64,000 nt of DNA from an uncultured Dehalococcoidia bacterium (GCA_964343075.1 CAYFGT010000003.1:25104-89103); one strand, 5' to 3'; positions 51,378-59,135 are shown, counted from the first letter of the stretch. Numbers and translations: made by a program. The notes: generated by a model from the letters alone, not told the origin.

Positions 51378-52547
51378 ATGATTAAAAGATTTTCTGTATT
51401 TTACGTAGGGCAAATAGATTTGGATAATGTTGGTCATGGGGGTACCGCTCCTGATGACCGGAGATATTCTAACGAAGAACTAGTCACAGCTTATTCGAAT
51501 GCAGAGGAATTGGCCAAACATCTGGACAAGCTAGGGTACTACGCAATGTGGGGAGCTGAGCATCATTTCCAGAGAGAAGGGTACGAATGCTTTCCTAATT
51601 TGATTTTGTTAGGAGTCCACCTCGCGGGAATAACCAAAACGCTGAAGTTCGGTAATTCGTTTAACATCGTTCCTATGTGGCATCCATTGAGGCTGGCAGA
51701 GGACTTTGCTATGGCAGACGTGATGACCAAGGGAAGAATGATATTTGGAGTTGGTAGAGGGTATCAAAGCAGAGAAGTAGAAACGTTTGGCGCACCTTTG
51801 TTGGATCGAGATAAAAATAGAGAGTTATTTGAAGAACAAATAGAAGTCATCCTTAAGGCGTTTAATGAAGATTCGTTTAGTCACAAAGGTAAACACTATA
51901 CTATACCCGCTGATGTTGAATTCAGGGGATATGACTTGGAAGATATTACAATGGTTCCCAGACCTATTAATCTTCCTGTTGAAATGTGGCAACCTGTCTC
52001 TAGTGGCAATTCGATCAAATTTGCTGCTCAAAAGGGGATCAAGATTGTTGTCGCGTTGACAGGAGAAGCGATAGTAGATCAATTTATGAGTGAATACAAA
52101 GCCGCGGCTACAGAACAAGGTAAAAACTTAGAATTAGGGCAAGACACCTGTTTGGGTTTTGGGTTTTGTATCGGAGATAGCCGAGAAGACGCGATTGAAA
52201 AAGTGCGGCCGTACCATGATGAAAGGTACAAATGGTTCGCGCCTTTTGGTTTTGTTAGGTACACCGATGAAAAAGGAAGAATGTGGGGAACTCCAGGAGC
52301 GCCTACCAGGATGCCTCGTGTTGAAGATGGTGTAGACCAGAAAGCTTGGTTGTGTGGGACATCTGATCAAATTGTGGAGACTCTGAAATATTTCGAAAGT
52401 AAGTACCCAGGACTGGAAGATATTGTTCTCCAATGGCCAGAAGGTATGCCTTGGCCAGAGTTTCAGGAACAGTTGACCATATTTGCCAAAGAGGTTATGC
52501 CTAATTTCCAGGCTGCCACTGCGGATGTTGTAGTGGCTGACGATTAA
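51378..52547 (+). CDS. Luciferase-like (LLM-class) flavin-dependent oxidoreductase
   Basis: ...GYYAMWGAEHHF...RLAEDFAMADVMTKGRMIFGVGRGY... ATG 51378 lies 9 nt after an AGGAGG RBS (the track start 51369 abuts the RBS). Confidence 0.85.
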   Translation: MIKRFSVFYVGQIDLDNVGHGGTAPDDRRYSNEELVTAYSNAEELAKHLDKLGYYAMWGAEHHFQREGYECFPNLILLGVHLAGITKTLKFGNSFNIVPMWHPLRLAEDFAMADVMTKGRMIFGVGRGYQSREVETFGAPLLDRDKNRELFEEQIEVILKAFNEDSFSHKGKHYTIPADVEFRGYDLEDITMVPRPINLPVEMWQPVSSGNSIKFAAQKGIKIVVALTGEAIVDQFMSEYKAAATEQGKNLELGQDTCLGFGFCIGDSREDAIEKVRPYHDERYKWFAPFGFVRYTDEKGRMWGTPGAPTRMPRVEDGVDQKAWLCGTSDQIVETLKYFESKYPGLEDIVLQWPEGMPWPEFQEQLTIFAKEVMPNFQAATADVVVADD

Positions 52548-52906
52548 GTTGATGGAAAAATGGATGTTGATGCAGGGTCTAGCATGAGGCAGGGTTCACC
52601 CCATTGTGTGCTGTCGTTTAGGTCCCAAGTTGATGGAGTGTCGGAGGTCTGGATTCTTATCCCTGCTGACCCTCCGTAGATTAGGAGGATAACCCCATCA
52701 CCCGAGTCTTCTGCCTTTGCTGCGTATGCTGAGCAGGCACCATCATCTTCAGACCAACCAGATACTAGATAATCAACTTTGTCATCAGTAAGGTAATCTG
52801 AAGAAAAACCAGAAATTTCTACCGGTGGTTGTAGCAAATTATACATCCGATGTAGATCCATGGGGCTATTCTGCCCTTCATTAACTTCTAATTCAATCAA
52901 TGTCAT
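52544..52906 (-). CDS. Hypothetical acidic protein
   Basis: This is the only long ORF covering a ~400-nt gap in a very dense genome. No motif recognised and no SD. A TATAAT lies 6 nt upstream of the ATG. Confidence 0.4.
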   Translation of the reverse strand: MTLIELEVNEGQNSPMDLHRMYNLLQPPVEISGFSSDYLTDDKVDYLVSGWSEDDGACSAYAAKAEDSGDGVILLIYGGSAGIRIQTSDTPSTWDLNDSTQWGEPCLMLDPASTSIFPST

Positions 52907-52950
52907 GAATACATTATAATGGACATACGAGTTGCTATACTAGGACATAA

Positions 52951-53397
52951 TTGAACATAAGTGATTACATTTTAATATTGATTCAATGGACTCACCATCT
53001 CGGAGCAGTGTGTTGGGTAGGGGGATGCGTTTTTTACTACCTCGTGCTGAAACCTGTATATCAAGAAACACAGACTGTTTCCTTGGACAGGCAGCGAATT
53101 GCCTATCAATTTAGGTATGTAGTTAAAGGGGCCATATGGGTATTAATTTCTACAGGAATTGTTCTAGGTATTTCTGAACTAGTAACTCAAAGTGTGAGTA
53201 ACACTTACATAGTGGTATTGGGAGTTAAAGTCGGTTTTGCCGCCTCTATGTTCTTATTGTATGTTTTTAATAAAGAATCTCAGGCAGCTGTTGTTAGGGT
53301 GCTTAACATTCCGGTTTATCGGACAGACTTGATTCTGATATTAGGTATATTGGTGATTGGGCTTTCAGATATATTGAGCGCTCTGGGAGCTCTCTAA
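52951..53397 (+). CDS. Small integral membrane protein (about four TM helices)
   Basis: 148 aa, TTG start with AGGA 5 nt upstream. The hydrophobic helices include WTHHLGAVCWVGG (loosely CopD-like). Function unknown. Confidence 0.5.
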   Translation: MNISDYILILIQWTHHLGAVCWVGGCVFYYLVLKPVYQETQTVSLDRQRIAYQFRYVVKGAIWVLISTGIVLGISELVTQSVSNTYIVVLGVKVGFAASMFLLYVFNKESQAAVVRVLNIPVYRTDLILILGILVIGLSDILSALGAL

Positions 53398-53413
53398 AGA
53401 AAGGAGGGAATTA

Positions 53414-53593
53414 GTGAATAAAGGAATAATGGACCTGCTTGCATGCCCTATTTGTAACGGGGCATTGGTGATAGAAGAGGAAGTTTTGGTTGACGATAAG
53501 GTAACGTCTGGGAGTCTTGTATGTATAGAGTGTAAAGAAAGGTATCCCATCGAAGACGGGATACCTAACCTTCTGCCTCCTAATTTGCGGTAG
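53414..53593 (+). CDS. Trm112/UPF0434-family small zinc-ribbon protein (absent from the ORF track because it is 59 aa)
   Basis: GTG 53414 lies 6 nt after an AAGGAGGG RBS. Translation VNKGIMDLLACPICNGALVIEEE...GSLVCIECKERYPIEDGIPNLLPPNLR has the CPxC...CxxC...YPIxDGIPxLL signature. Confidence 0.75.
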   Translation: MNKGIMDLLACPICNGALVIEEEVLVDDKVTSGSLVCIECKERYPIEDGIPNLLPPNLR

Positions 53594-53594
53594 C

Positions 53595-54137
53595 CTATCC
53601 TACCGTTAACGTTCGGATGATTATCGGTGCGAGTTCTTCAGCTCGCTCCCTTAGGGTAACACGGTCCAGATTACCTATGGGATGCTTAGTAAATATTGTT
53701 GGATAGTTTTCTGCTCCCCATAATTTGGCCATAGCCCCTGCAGTTTCAATAAATCTATCTGTGCAAATTGTAGCTGAGGGGATGCCTTGCTTCTCAGAAT
53801 GTATTCCGTCGTGCACACTGCACGCGCTGCATGAGCCTCAATCGCCGATGGCTATGATGATCGCGTCGGAATTATTTGCTAAGGATTCTAGCTCTTTTGG
53901 ATCTGCTGGTTTTGAGGCGCTTGGTTTTTTGAGCCATGAAATACTCTTAACTTCATATTTTTCAGTTAGCACATTTGCAATTTCTTCTAGCAACACATCT
54001 GCATTGCGTTTACTATCGTCTATGAGTCCGATTGCTGCACCTGCTACAGTTTCTATTCTCGGAGCTCCTTGGAACTCAGGTACGATGGCCTCGGTGCTAG
54101 GATCTACTAAAGTGTAGGTTTGTTTAATGTTTACCAT
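53595..54137 (-). CDS. Mini-GrdB-like selenoprotein (UGSC / UxxCxxC motif); in-frame UGA at 53838-53840 read as selenocysteine
   Basis: Track ORFs 53838-54137 and 53595-53816 share one frame and are separated only by TGA. Read-through gives ...NSDAIIIAIGD-U-GSCSACSVHDGIHSEKQGIPSATICT...FTKHPIGNL... (180 aa). An AGGAG RBS precedes ATG 54137, and a SECIS-like hairpin lies downstream of the UGA. Confidence 0.75.
53807..53826 (-). promoter_or_regulatory. Candidate bacterial SECIS stem-loop
   Basis: mRNA CGCGUGCA-GUG-UGCACGACG forms 8 bp with one bulged A and a G/U-containing apical loop. The stem starts 11 nt after the UGA. Confidence 0.45.
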
Positions 54138-54147
54138 AGTTCTCCTC

Positions 54148-55218
54148 TTAAATATTAAATGATTTGGTAGTGGACGTTGAAGATACCTTGGGTCCCCAGC
54201 TGGGGATAACTGACGACATGTCTGCCTCTTCTCCGCCAGCGAATACGACCATTATATCTTCAGGGTGTTCGATTAAATTTATATAATCTGTGTGATCTGG
54301 AGGATTTACTTCACCCGGGAGTACTAATGCCGTTTTAAGTTCTGCTCTAGACTTTTTGATATTTTGGTGTAAATAAGCTTGAATGTCTGCCTTTGTCCAA
54401 TCTTTCCACAAGGAGCTATGGCCAGCGATTGTGACCACGATTTCTCCTTGCCTGATGCCAGTTTCAGATTTCCCTACAGATCCTGAGGTAGACAAAGAAG
54501 TACCTAACGAAGACGCAACATCCGCTATACAGTACAAGATCGCTTCTGGTTTGCCGACAGACCTAATTTGCCTTGGGGCTTCACCAGCAAAAGCGGTAAC
54601 GGTATTGGAATCTGATGAGAACCCTTTTTGCACACTGAGAGGTTCCCAATGGGTTTCAGTTTGGGCTTCTGCTATACAATAAGAATATTTGCCAGGGTGG
54701 CCAATCACTGATCGATCGAATAGTCCAGGAATCGCAGCACAAGCGTTCATCAAGATTAGGCGTACACTTCTGCCTATAGTTGCATTAGCACGATTCCCCG
54801 GGCCGAAAAGATTATTCCTGGCGTTTATTCCTAATTGAGAAACGACAGGACCATTGAATATCAATAGAATACCTGCTCCTCCTAGGCTAGATGACGGTCC
54901 TATGAGGTTGAATTTAGGGTCCAATATCGCTTCGGTCGCAGCCAGAACGGCTGGGAAATATTCTGGTAGACATCCAGCCATAACAGCGTTCGATGCTACC
55001 TTATCTAGGGTGATAGAGCGCCGACGTTCCGGGATCTCTCCTACAATATGTGACGCAGGGAGATTAACTACTCGTAGAAACTCATCAACCCTTGCATCTG
55101 TTGGCGGGACGACGGGAAGCCCGTCCGTCCAGCCTAGCTCATAGATGCGCTCTATTGCACTCAGAGGGTCATCGAACTCCACTTGTACCGTCTTGGTTTC
55201 TGCTTGATTCGAATCCAT
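54148..55218 (-). CDS. Conserved-looking protein of unknown function (356 aa), translationally coupled to the genes on both sides
   Basis: A long ORF whose ATG overlaps the upstream TAA (TAATG). Its stop lies inside the RBS of the selenoprotein gene. I cannot assign the motifs GWTDGLPVVPPT and NLFGPGNRANATIGR to a family. Confidence 0.6.
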   Translation of the reverse strand: MDSNQAETKTVQVEFDDPLSAIERIYELGWTDGLPVVPPTDARVDEFLRVVNLPASHIVGEIPERRRSITLDKVASNAVMAGCLPEYFPAVLAATEAILDPKFNLIGPSSSLGGAGILLIFNGPVVSQLGINARNNLFGPGNRANATIGRSVRLILMNACAAIPGLFDRSVIGHPGKYSYCIAEAQTETHWEPLSVQKGFSSDSNTVTAFAGEAPRQIRSVGKPEAILYCIADVASSLGTSLSTSGSVGKSETGIRQGEIVVTIAGHSSLWKDWTKADIQAYLHQNIKKSRAELKTALVLPGEVNPPDHTDYINLIEHPEDIMVVFAGGEEADMSSVIPSWGPKVSSTSTTKSFNI

Positions 55219-56165
55219 TATTTGACCCTAGCGTATTTGGACAGGCTTCTCATTTCACGAGGTTCATCGAGGTGTGAGCCTCTTATAGTGTACGAGACTT
55301 CTGCAACATAGATCGCTCCAGTTGAATCTACGGCTATACCGTGAGGTGCAATGAATTGTCCAGGGCCTTCTCCTTCTTCTTTGTCACCAAATACACATAC
55401 TCTATTCCCGTCTAGGTCATATATGGAAACACGGTGACCCAATCCTGGTGCGTCATCGACACCCCCCATTCCGTTTAGTTCACCTATATAAATATGGTCT
55501 CCCCATAACACCATACAGTCTGGTCTATGAATATTATTCCACATTGTTATGAAGTTGCCATCCACATCGAAAATTTGGATTCGGTGGCATTCTCTGTCTA
55601 CTACATAGACACGTTCGTTGTCATCAATTGCAATGTTGTGAGGTCGGATGAATTGACCTGCGTCTATTCCGGGTTCTCCCCATGAAAATTTGTATTGTCC
55701 GTCAGCGGTGTATACATGGATTCGGGAATTACCATAACCGTCCGATATGTAGATATCCCCGTTGCTTGGCCGTATCGCTGCAGATGTCGGCCGGTTAAAT
55801 GGCTGACCACTCCAGCGAGGCGCTGGATGATTCCGTTCTCCTATTTCCATTAATTTTTCACCAGATGTGGAGAATTTTTGGATAGTATGGATCCCGTCGT
55901 CTGCTGCTAATAGAGAGTCGTCGTGGGCGATGTATAAACCGTGAGTCCTGTTTTCACTGAATTGGCCGTCCCCGATGGATCTTAGGTAATTCCCATCTTG
56001 GTCAAACACCATGATAGGCTCTGGGCCTCTGGTTAGCACAAAAACCTGATCGTTTGAATCGCAGACTACCCCAGGGCATTCCAATAATCTTTTGCCTTCT
56101 GGTAGTTTCACCCAGTCTTCAACGAATGTGTACTTAAAGTCTCCTTGTCCATATATTTCACTCAT
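55218..56165 (-). CDS. NHL-repeat six-bladed beta-propeller protein (peptidyl-alpha-hydroxyglycine alpha-amidating lyase-like)
   Basis: Repeated ...D..G.IYV.D..N.RI..F...G blades (for example IYISDGYGNSRIHVY, VYVVDRECHRIQIFD, IYVAEVS); 315 aa. Confidence 0.8.
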   Translation of the reverse strand: MSEIYGQGDFKYTFVEDWVKLPEGKRLLECPGVVCDSNDQVFVLTRGPEPIMVFDQDGNYLRSIGDGQFSENRTHGLYIAHDDSLLAADDGIHTIQKFSTSGEKLMEIGERNHPAPRWSGQPFNRPTSAAIRPSNGDIYISDGYGNSRIHVYTADGQYKFSWGEPGIDAGQFIRPHNIAIDDNERVYVVDRECHRIQIFDVDGNFITMWNNIHRPDCMVLWGDHIYIGELNGMGGVDDAPGLGHRVSIYDLDGNRVCVFGDKEEGEGPGQFIAPHGIAVDSTGAIYVAEVSYTIRGSHLDEPREMRSLSKYARVK

Positions 56166-56193
56166 AATTCTCCTCCATTTTTGGTTTTTTGGG

Positions 56194-57792
56194 TTAATAG
56201 TTTAATAAAGAGCTTCCTTCTCCTTTAATGTACTCTGCAGTCCGTAAAGCGATTGCATGGATAGTAGGAGTTGGGTTTATACAAGCGCTTGTTGTAAAAA
56301 CACTCCCATCGACGATGAATAAATTTGGTACGTCATGAGTCCTACACCATCTGTCGACTACTGAAGTATCAGGGTCATTGCCCATTTTAGCAGTTCCTAA
56401 GAGATGCCATCCAGTATTTCTCCTTTGAGGTGAGGCCAAGATATCATGAGCACCTGCGGATTTCATTATGTCCTTTGCCCTGTCTACCCCGTGGGCTAAC
56501 ATGTTTTTTGTATTTTCACTAATTGTGTAGTCTATTTTGGGGGCTGGAATTCCATCTGAGTCGGTTAATACAGGGTCTAATGTAACTTGATTGTGTTCCT
56601 CAGGTAGATCTTCTGTCATGATCGTGATAGTAGCACTGTGTTGGAATCTCTCGGCAAATTGAGCGTGGTGTCGATGCCCCCATGCTACAGGCAATCCCAC
56701 TAGGCCTCCTAGTGCTACTCCTAATGGTGTCGTTGACTGGCTAGTAATTTGTAAATCATATCCCCTCACAAAGCCCCTAGAGATATCAGTTTCGTAGAAC
56801 TCTTGACATAACATGGCACTCCCTCTGGGGCCTACCGGATTACCGAAGTCTTCCTCAAAGATGCCAATAACTCCTCCACAAGGGTGATGCATCAGATTTT
56901 TCCCTACGAGACCAGTGGAATTTGCCAATCCTGTTGGGAATTTTCCACTTTTAGAATTCAAGAGGAGCCTTGCTGTGCCTACTCCGTTGCAAGCCATGAT
57001 TACGATTTTGGCTGTGATTTGTTGGAGGTCTCCTCTGCGGTTATAAAACAAAGCCCCAGTGGCTACTCCGTCTCTGTTTGTTAAAATCTCTCTAACACGG
57101 GCATTAGTTTTTAAGATAGCACCTGCAGATATAGCCTTGGGCCAGTAAATTATATCGCTACTTGAAAAAGATCTTAGGAAGGCACCTCGATCTGGTTCTC
57201 TGCCGTCATAATAGACCGATGAGTTAGCGTTGTCGGAATGCCACCAGTGCCATCCAAGTTTATTGAGTCCTTTAGCTATAGCTTCCCCTGCTGGATTTAT
57301 AGGTAAAGGAGGTGTCGGGCGAGAGAGCTTAGGAGGGTACGCAGGGTCTCCGTTTAACCCTGACACACCATGCATTTGATCGTTAATGTCATAGTAGGGC
57401 TCTATCTCTTGATAGCTGATTGGCCAATCTTCGGCTACCCCATCTACTGATTGGACACGGAAGTCTGACGGGTGGAACCTTGGTATATGCGATCCGTAAT
57501 GAAGAGTACTTCCACCTACACCGTTGTACATTAGAGGAGCAATAGGTGAGTTTTTATCATTGACTGGATAATCTTCAGGCAATTGACGAATATTCGGGTC
57601 TGGATGGAAAGCAGTTTGCCAATATATAGCTGATTCAGCGTCTGTAGACGGGAAGGCGTCAAAAGGAAGCCAGTCTCCTTGTTCGAGGCAAGTAACTTGG
57701 ATTCCAGATTTTGCCAAAGACCACGTTACGGCAGCTCCAGAGGCTCCTCCACCGATCACTAATACTTCTGTGTCAAACTTCATATCAGGCAT
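56194..57792 (-). CDS. GMC-family FAD oxidoreductase
   Basis: TEVLVIGGGASGAAVTWSLAKSG FAD fold and C-terminal HLLGTAKMG...VVD...NLFIVDGSVF. Confidence 0.85.
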   Translation of the reverse strand: MPDMKFDTEVLVIGGGASGAAVTWSLAKSGIQVTCLEQGDWLPFDAFPSTDAESAIYWQTAFHPDPNIRQLPEDYPVNDKNSPIAPLMYNGVGGSTLHYGSHIPRFHPSDFRVQSVDGVAEDWPISYQEIEPYYDINDQMHGVSGLNGDPAYPPKLSRPTPPLPINPAGEAIAKGLNKLGWHWWHSDNANSSVYYDGREPDRGAFLRSFSSSDIIYWPKAISAGAILKTNARVREILTNRDGVATGALFYNRRGDLQQITAKIVIMACNGVGTARLLLNSKSGKFPTGLANSTGLVGKNLMHHPCGGVIGIFEEDFGNPVGPRGSAMLCQEFYETDISRGFVRGYDLQITSQSTTPLGVALGGLVGLPVAWGHRHHAQFAERFQHSATITIMTEDLPEEHNQVTLDPVLTDSDGIPAPKIDYTISENTKNMLAHGVDRAKDIMKSAGAHDILASPQRRNTGWHLLGTAKMGNDPDTSVVDRWCRTHDVPNLFIVDGSVFTTSACINPTPTIHAIALRTAEYIKGEGSSLLNY

Positions 57793-57807
57793 GGATGCAT
57801 CTCCGCA

Positions 57808-59010
57808 CTACAAGTTTGCGTTCTCGAATACTGCTGATACTCCTTGTCCTCCGCCAACACACATGGTTTCTAATCCGTATCGGTGCCCTTCTCTTTTCAT
57901 TTCATGGAGCAAGGTTGTTAAGATGCGGGCTCCTGTGGCCGCGATTGGATGTCCCAGAGAGATTCCTGATCCGTTCACGTTAAGGATGTCTTCAGTTGGT
58001 AATTTCCATTCCCTCAGTACGGCGAGAACCTGGGCTGCAAATGCTTCATTTAATTCGATAATATCCATATCTTTTAGTGTCAAACCTAATTTTGCCATTA
58101 CTTTATTTGTTGCTGGCACAGGGCCTATTCCCATAGTTGCTGGGTGGCACCCAGTTACTGCCCATCCTCTAAGGTAAGCCATGGGCTCAAGCCCTAGTTC
58201 TTCTAATTTATCCTCAGCTACCACGAGGCACATCGATGCAGCGTCGTTTTGGCTGCTCGCATTTCCTGCTGTTACTGTCCCGTCTTTGATGACAGGTCTT
58301 AATTTTCCGAGTACTTCCATGCTAGTTGATGATCTAGGACCTTCGTCTTTGTCAAAAATGATGGGGTCTCCTCTGCGTTGAGGAATTTCTACAGGAACAA
58401 TTTCTTCTTGAAATTTTCCAGACTCTGATGCGTGAACTGCTCTCTGGTGGCTTCTCAGTGCGTATTCATCCTGTTCTTCCCTAGCGATTTCGTATTGTTC
58501 CGCTAAGTTTTCCGCAGTCCCCACCATTCCAGCTATGTACCCAAATCGTTCTTCTGGGGCTATAGTTACTCTTGCTCTTTCTAACCTGTCATGGAATTCC
58601 ACTGTCCCGAAGCGCGCACCCCATCTGGATTCGTTGGTGTAAAATTCAGCATTGCTCATGCTTTCTACCCCTCCAGCGACTACAACGTCCGCGTTTTCCG
58701 TTTGTATAAGCATCGATGCATTCAGAATTGCTTGGAGTCCCGATGAACACCGTCTGTCTAATTGATAGCCAGGAACTTCTATAGGCAGATCTGCCTTGAG
58801 TCCGGTTAAACGGCCTATAGCGGGATTTTCACCACTCGGGTAACCATGGCCAAGGATGACGTCATCTATTCTTTCTACATCCAGATTAGTATTTGAAATA
58901 ATTTGTTTCAGCACTATGGCGCCTAAGTCGGCAGCTGAAACTGGTTTTAACGTCCCTCCGAAGCCCCCTACAGCGGTTCTCAAAGGTGAAACTATTGCTA
59001 CTCCTCGCAT
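57808..59010 (-). CDS. Acetyl-CoA C-acetyl/acyltransferase (thiolase)
   Basis: VAIVSPLRTAVGGFGG, active-site region RRCSSGLQA, NGSGISLGHPIAATG and CVGGGQG; 400 aa. GAGGAG RBS. Confidence 0.9.
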   Translation of the reverse strand: MRGVAIVSPLRTAVGGFGGTLKPVSAADLGAIVLKQIISNTNLDVERIDDVILGHGYPSGENPAIGRLTGLKADLPIEVPGYQLDRRCSSGLQAILNASMLIQTENADVVVAGGVESMSNAEFYTNESRWGARFGTVEFHDRLERARVTIAPEERFGYIAGMVGTAENLAEQYEIAREEQDEYALRSHQRAVHASESGKFQEEIVPVEIPQRRGDPIIFDKDEGPRSSTSMEVLGKLRPVIKDGTVTAGNASSQNDAASMCLVVAEDKLEELGLEPMAYLRGWAVTGCHPATMGIGPVPATNKVMAKLGLTLKDMDIIELNEAFAAQVLAVLREWKLPTEDILNVNGSGISLGHPIAATGARILTTLLHEMKREGHRYGLETMCVGGGQGVSAVFENANL

Positions 59011-59040
59011 TCTGAACTCCTCATCAATTGAATATGAGCA

Positions 59041-59069
59041 ATTTTACAAGTATTTTAAATGGTTGTCGA
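59041..59069 (-). promoter_or_regulatory. Candidate promoter of the thiolase-to-selenoprotein operon (TCGACA-17 nt-TAAAAT)
   Basis: On the minus strand, TCGACA lies at 59069-59064 and TAAAAT at 59046-59041, about 30 nt upstream of the thiolase ATG. Confidence 0.4.
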
Positions 59070-59135
59070 ATACAAACATGCTTGCCGATGCTTTTAAAAA
59101 AATAAAAAAAATGTATAATAAATAACATCGGTTAA

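Noticed and set aside
53838-53840. Alternative explanations for the in-frame TGA: a pseudogene, two separate genes, or a TGA-reassigned genetic code (code 4 or 25)
   Set aside because: - The downstream half has no RBS and begins in the middle of a conserved CxxC-containing block.
- The interruption falls exactly where GrdB-family proteins carry Sec.
- TGA is used as a normal stop by other genes in the window.
- A sequencing error cannot be excluded from one sequence alone.
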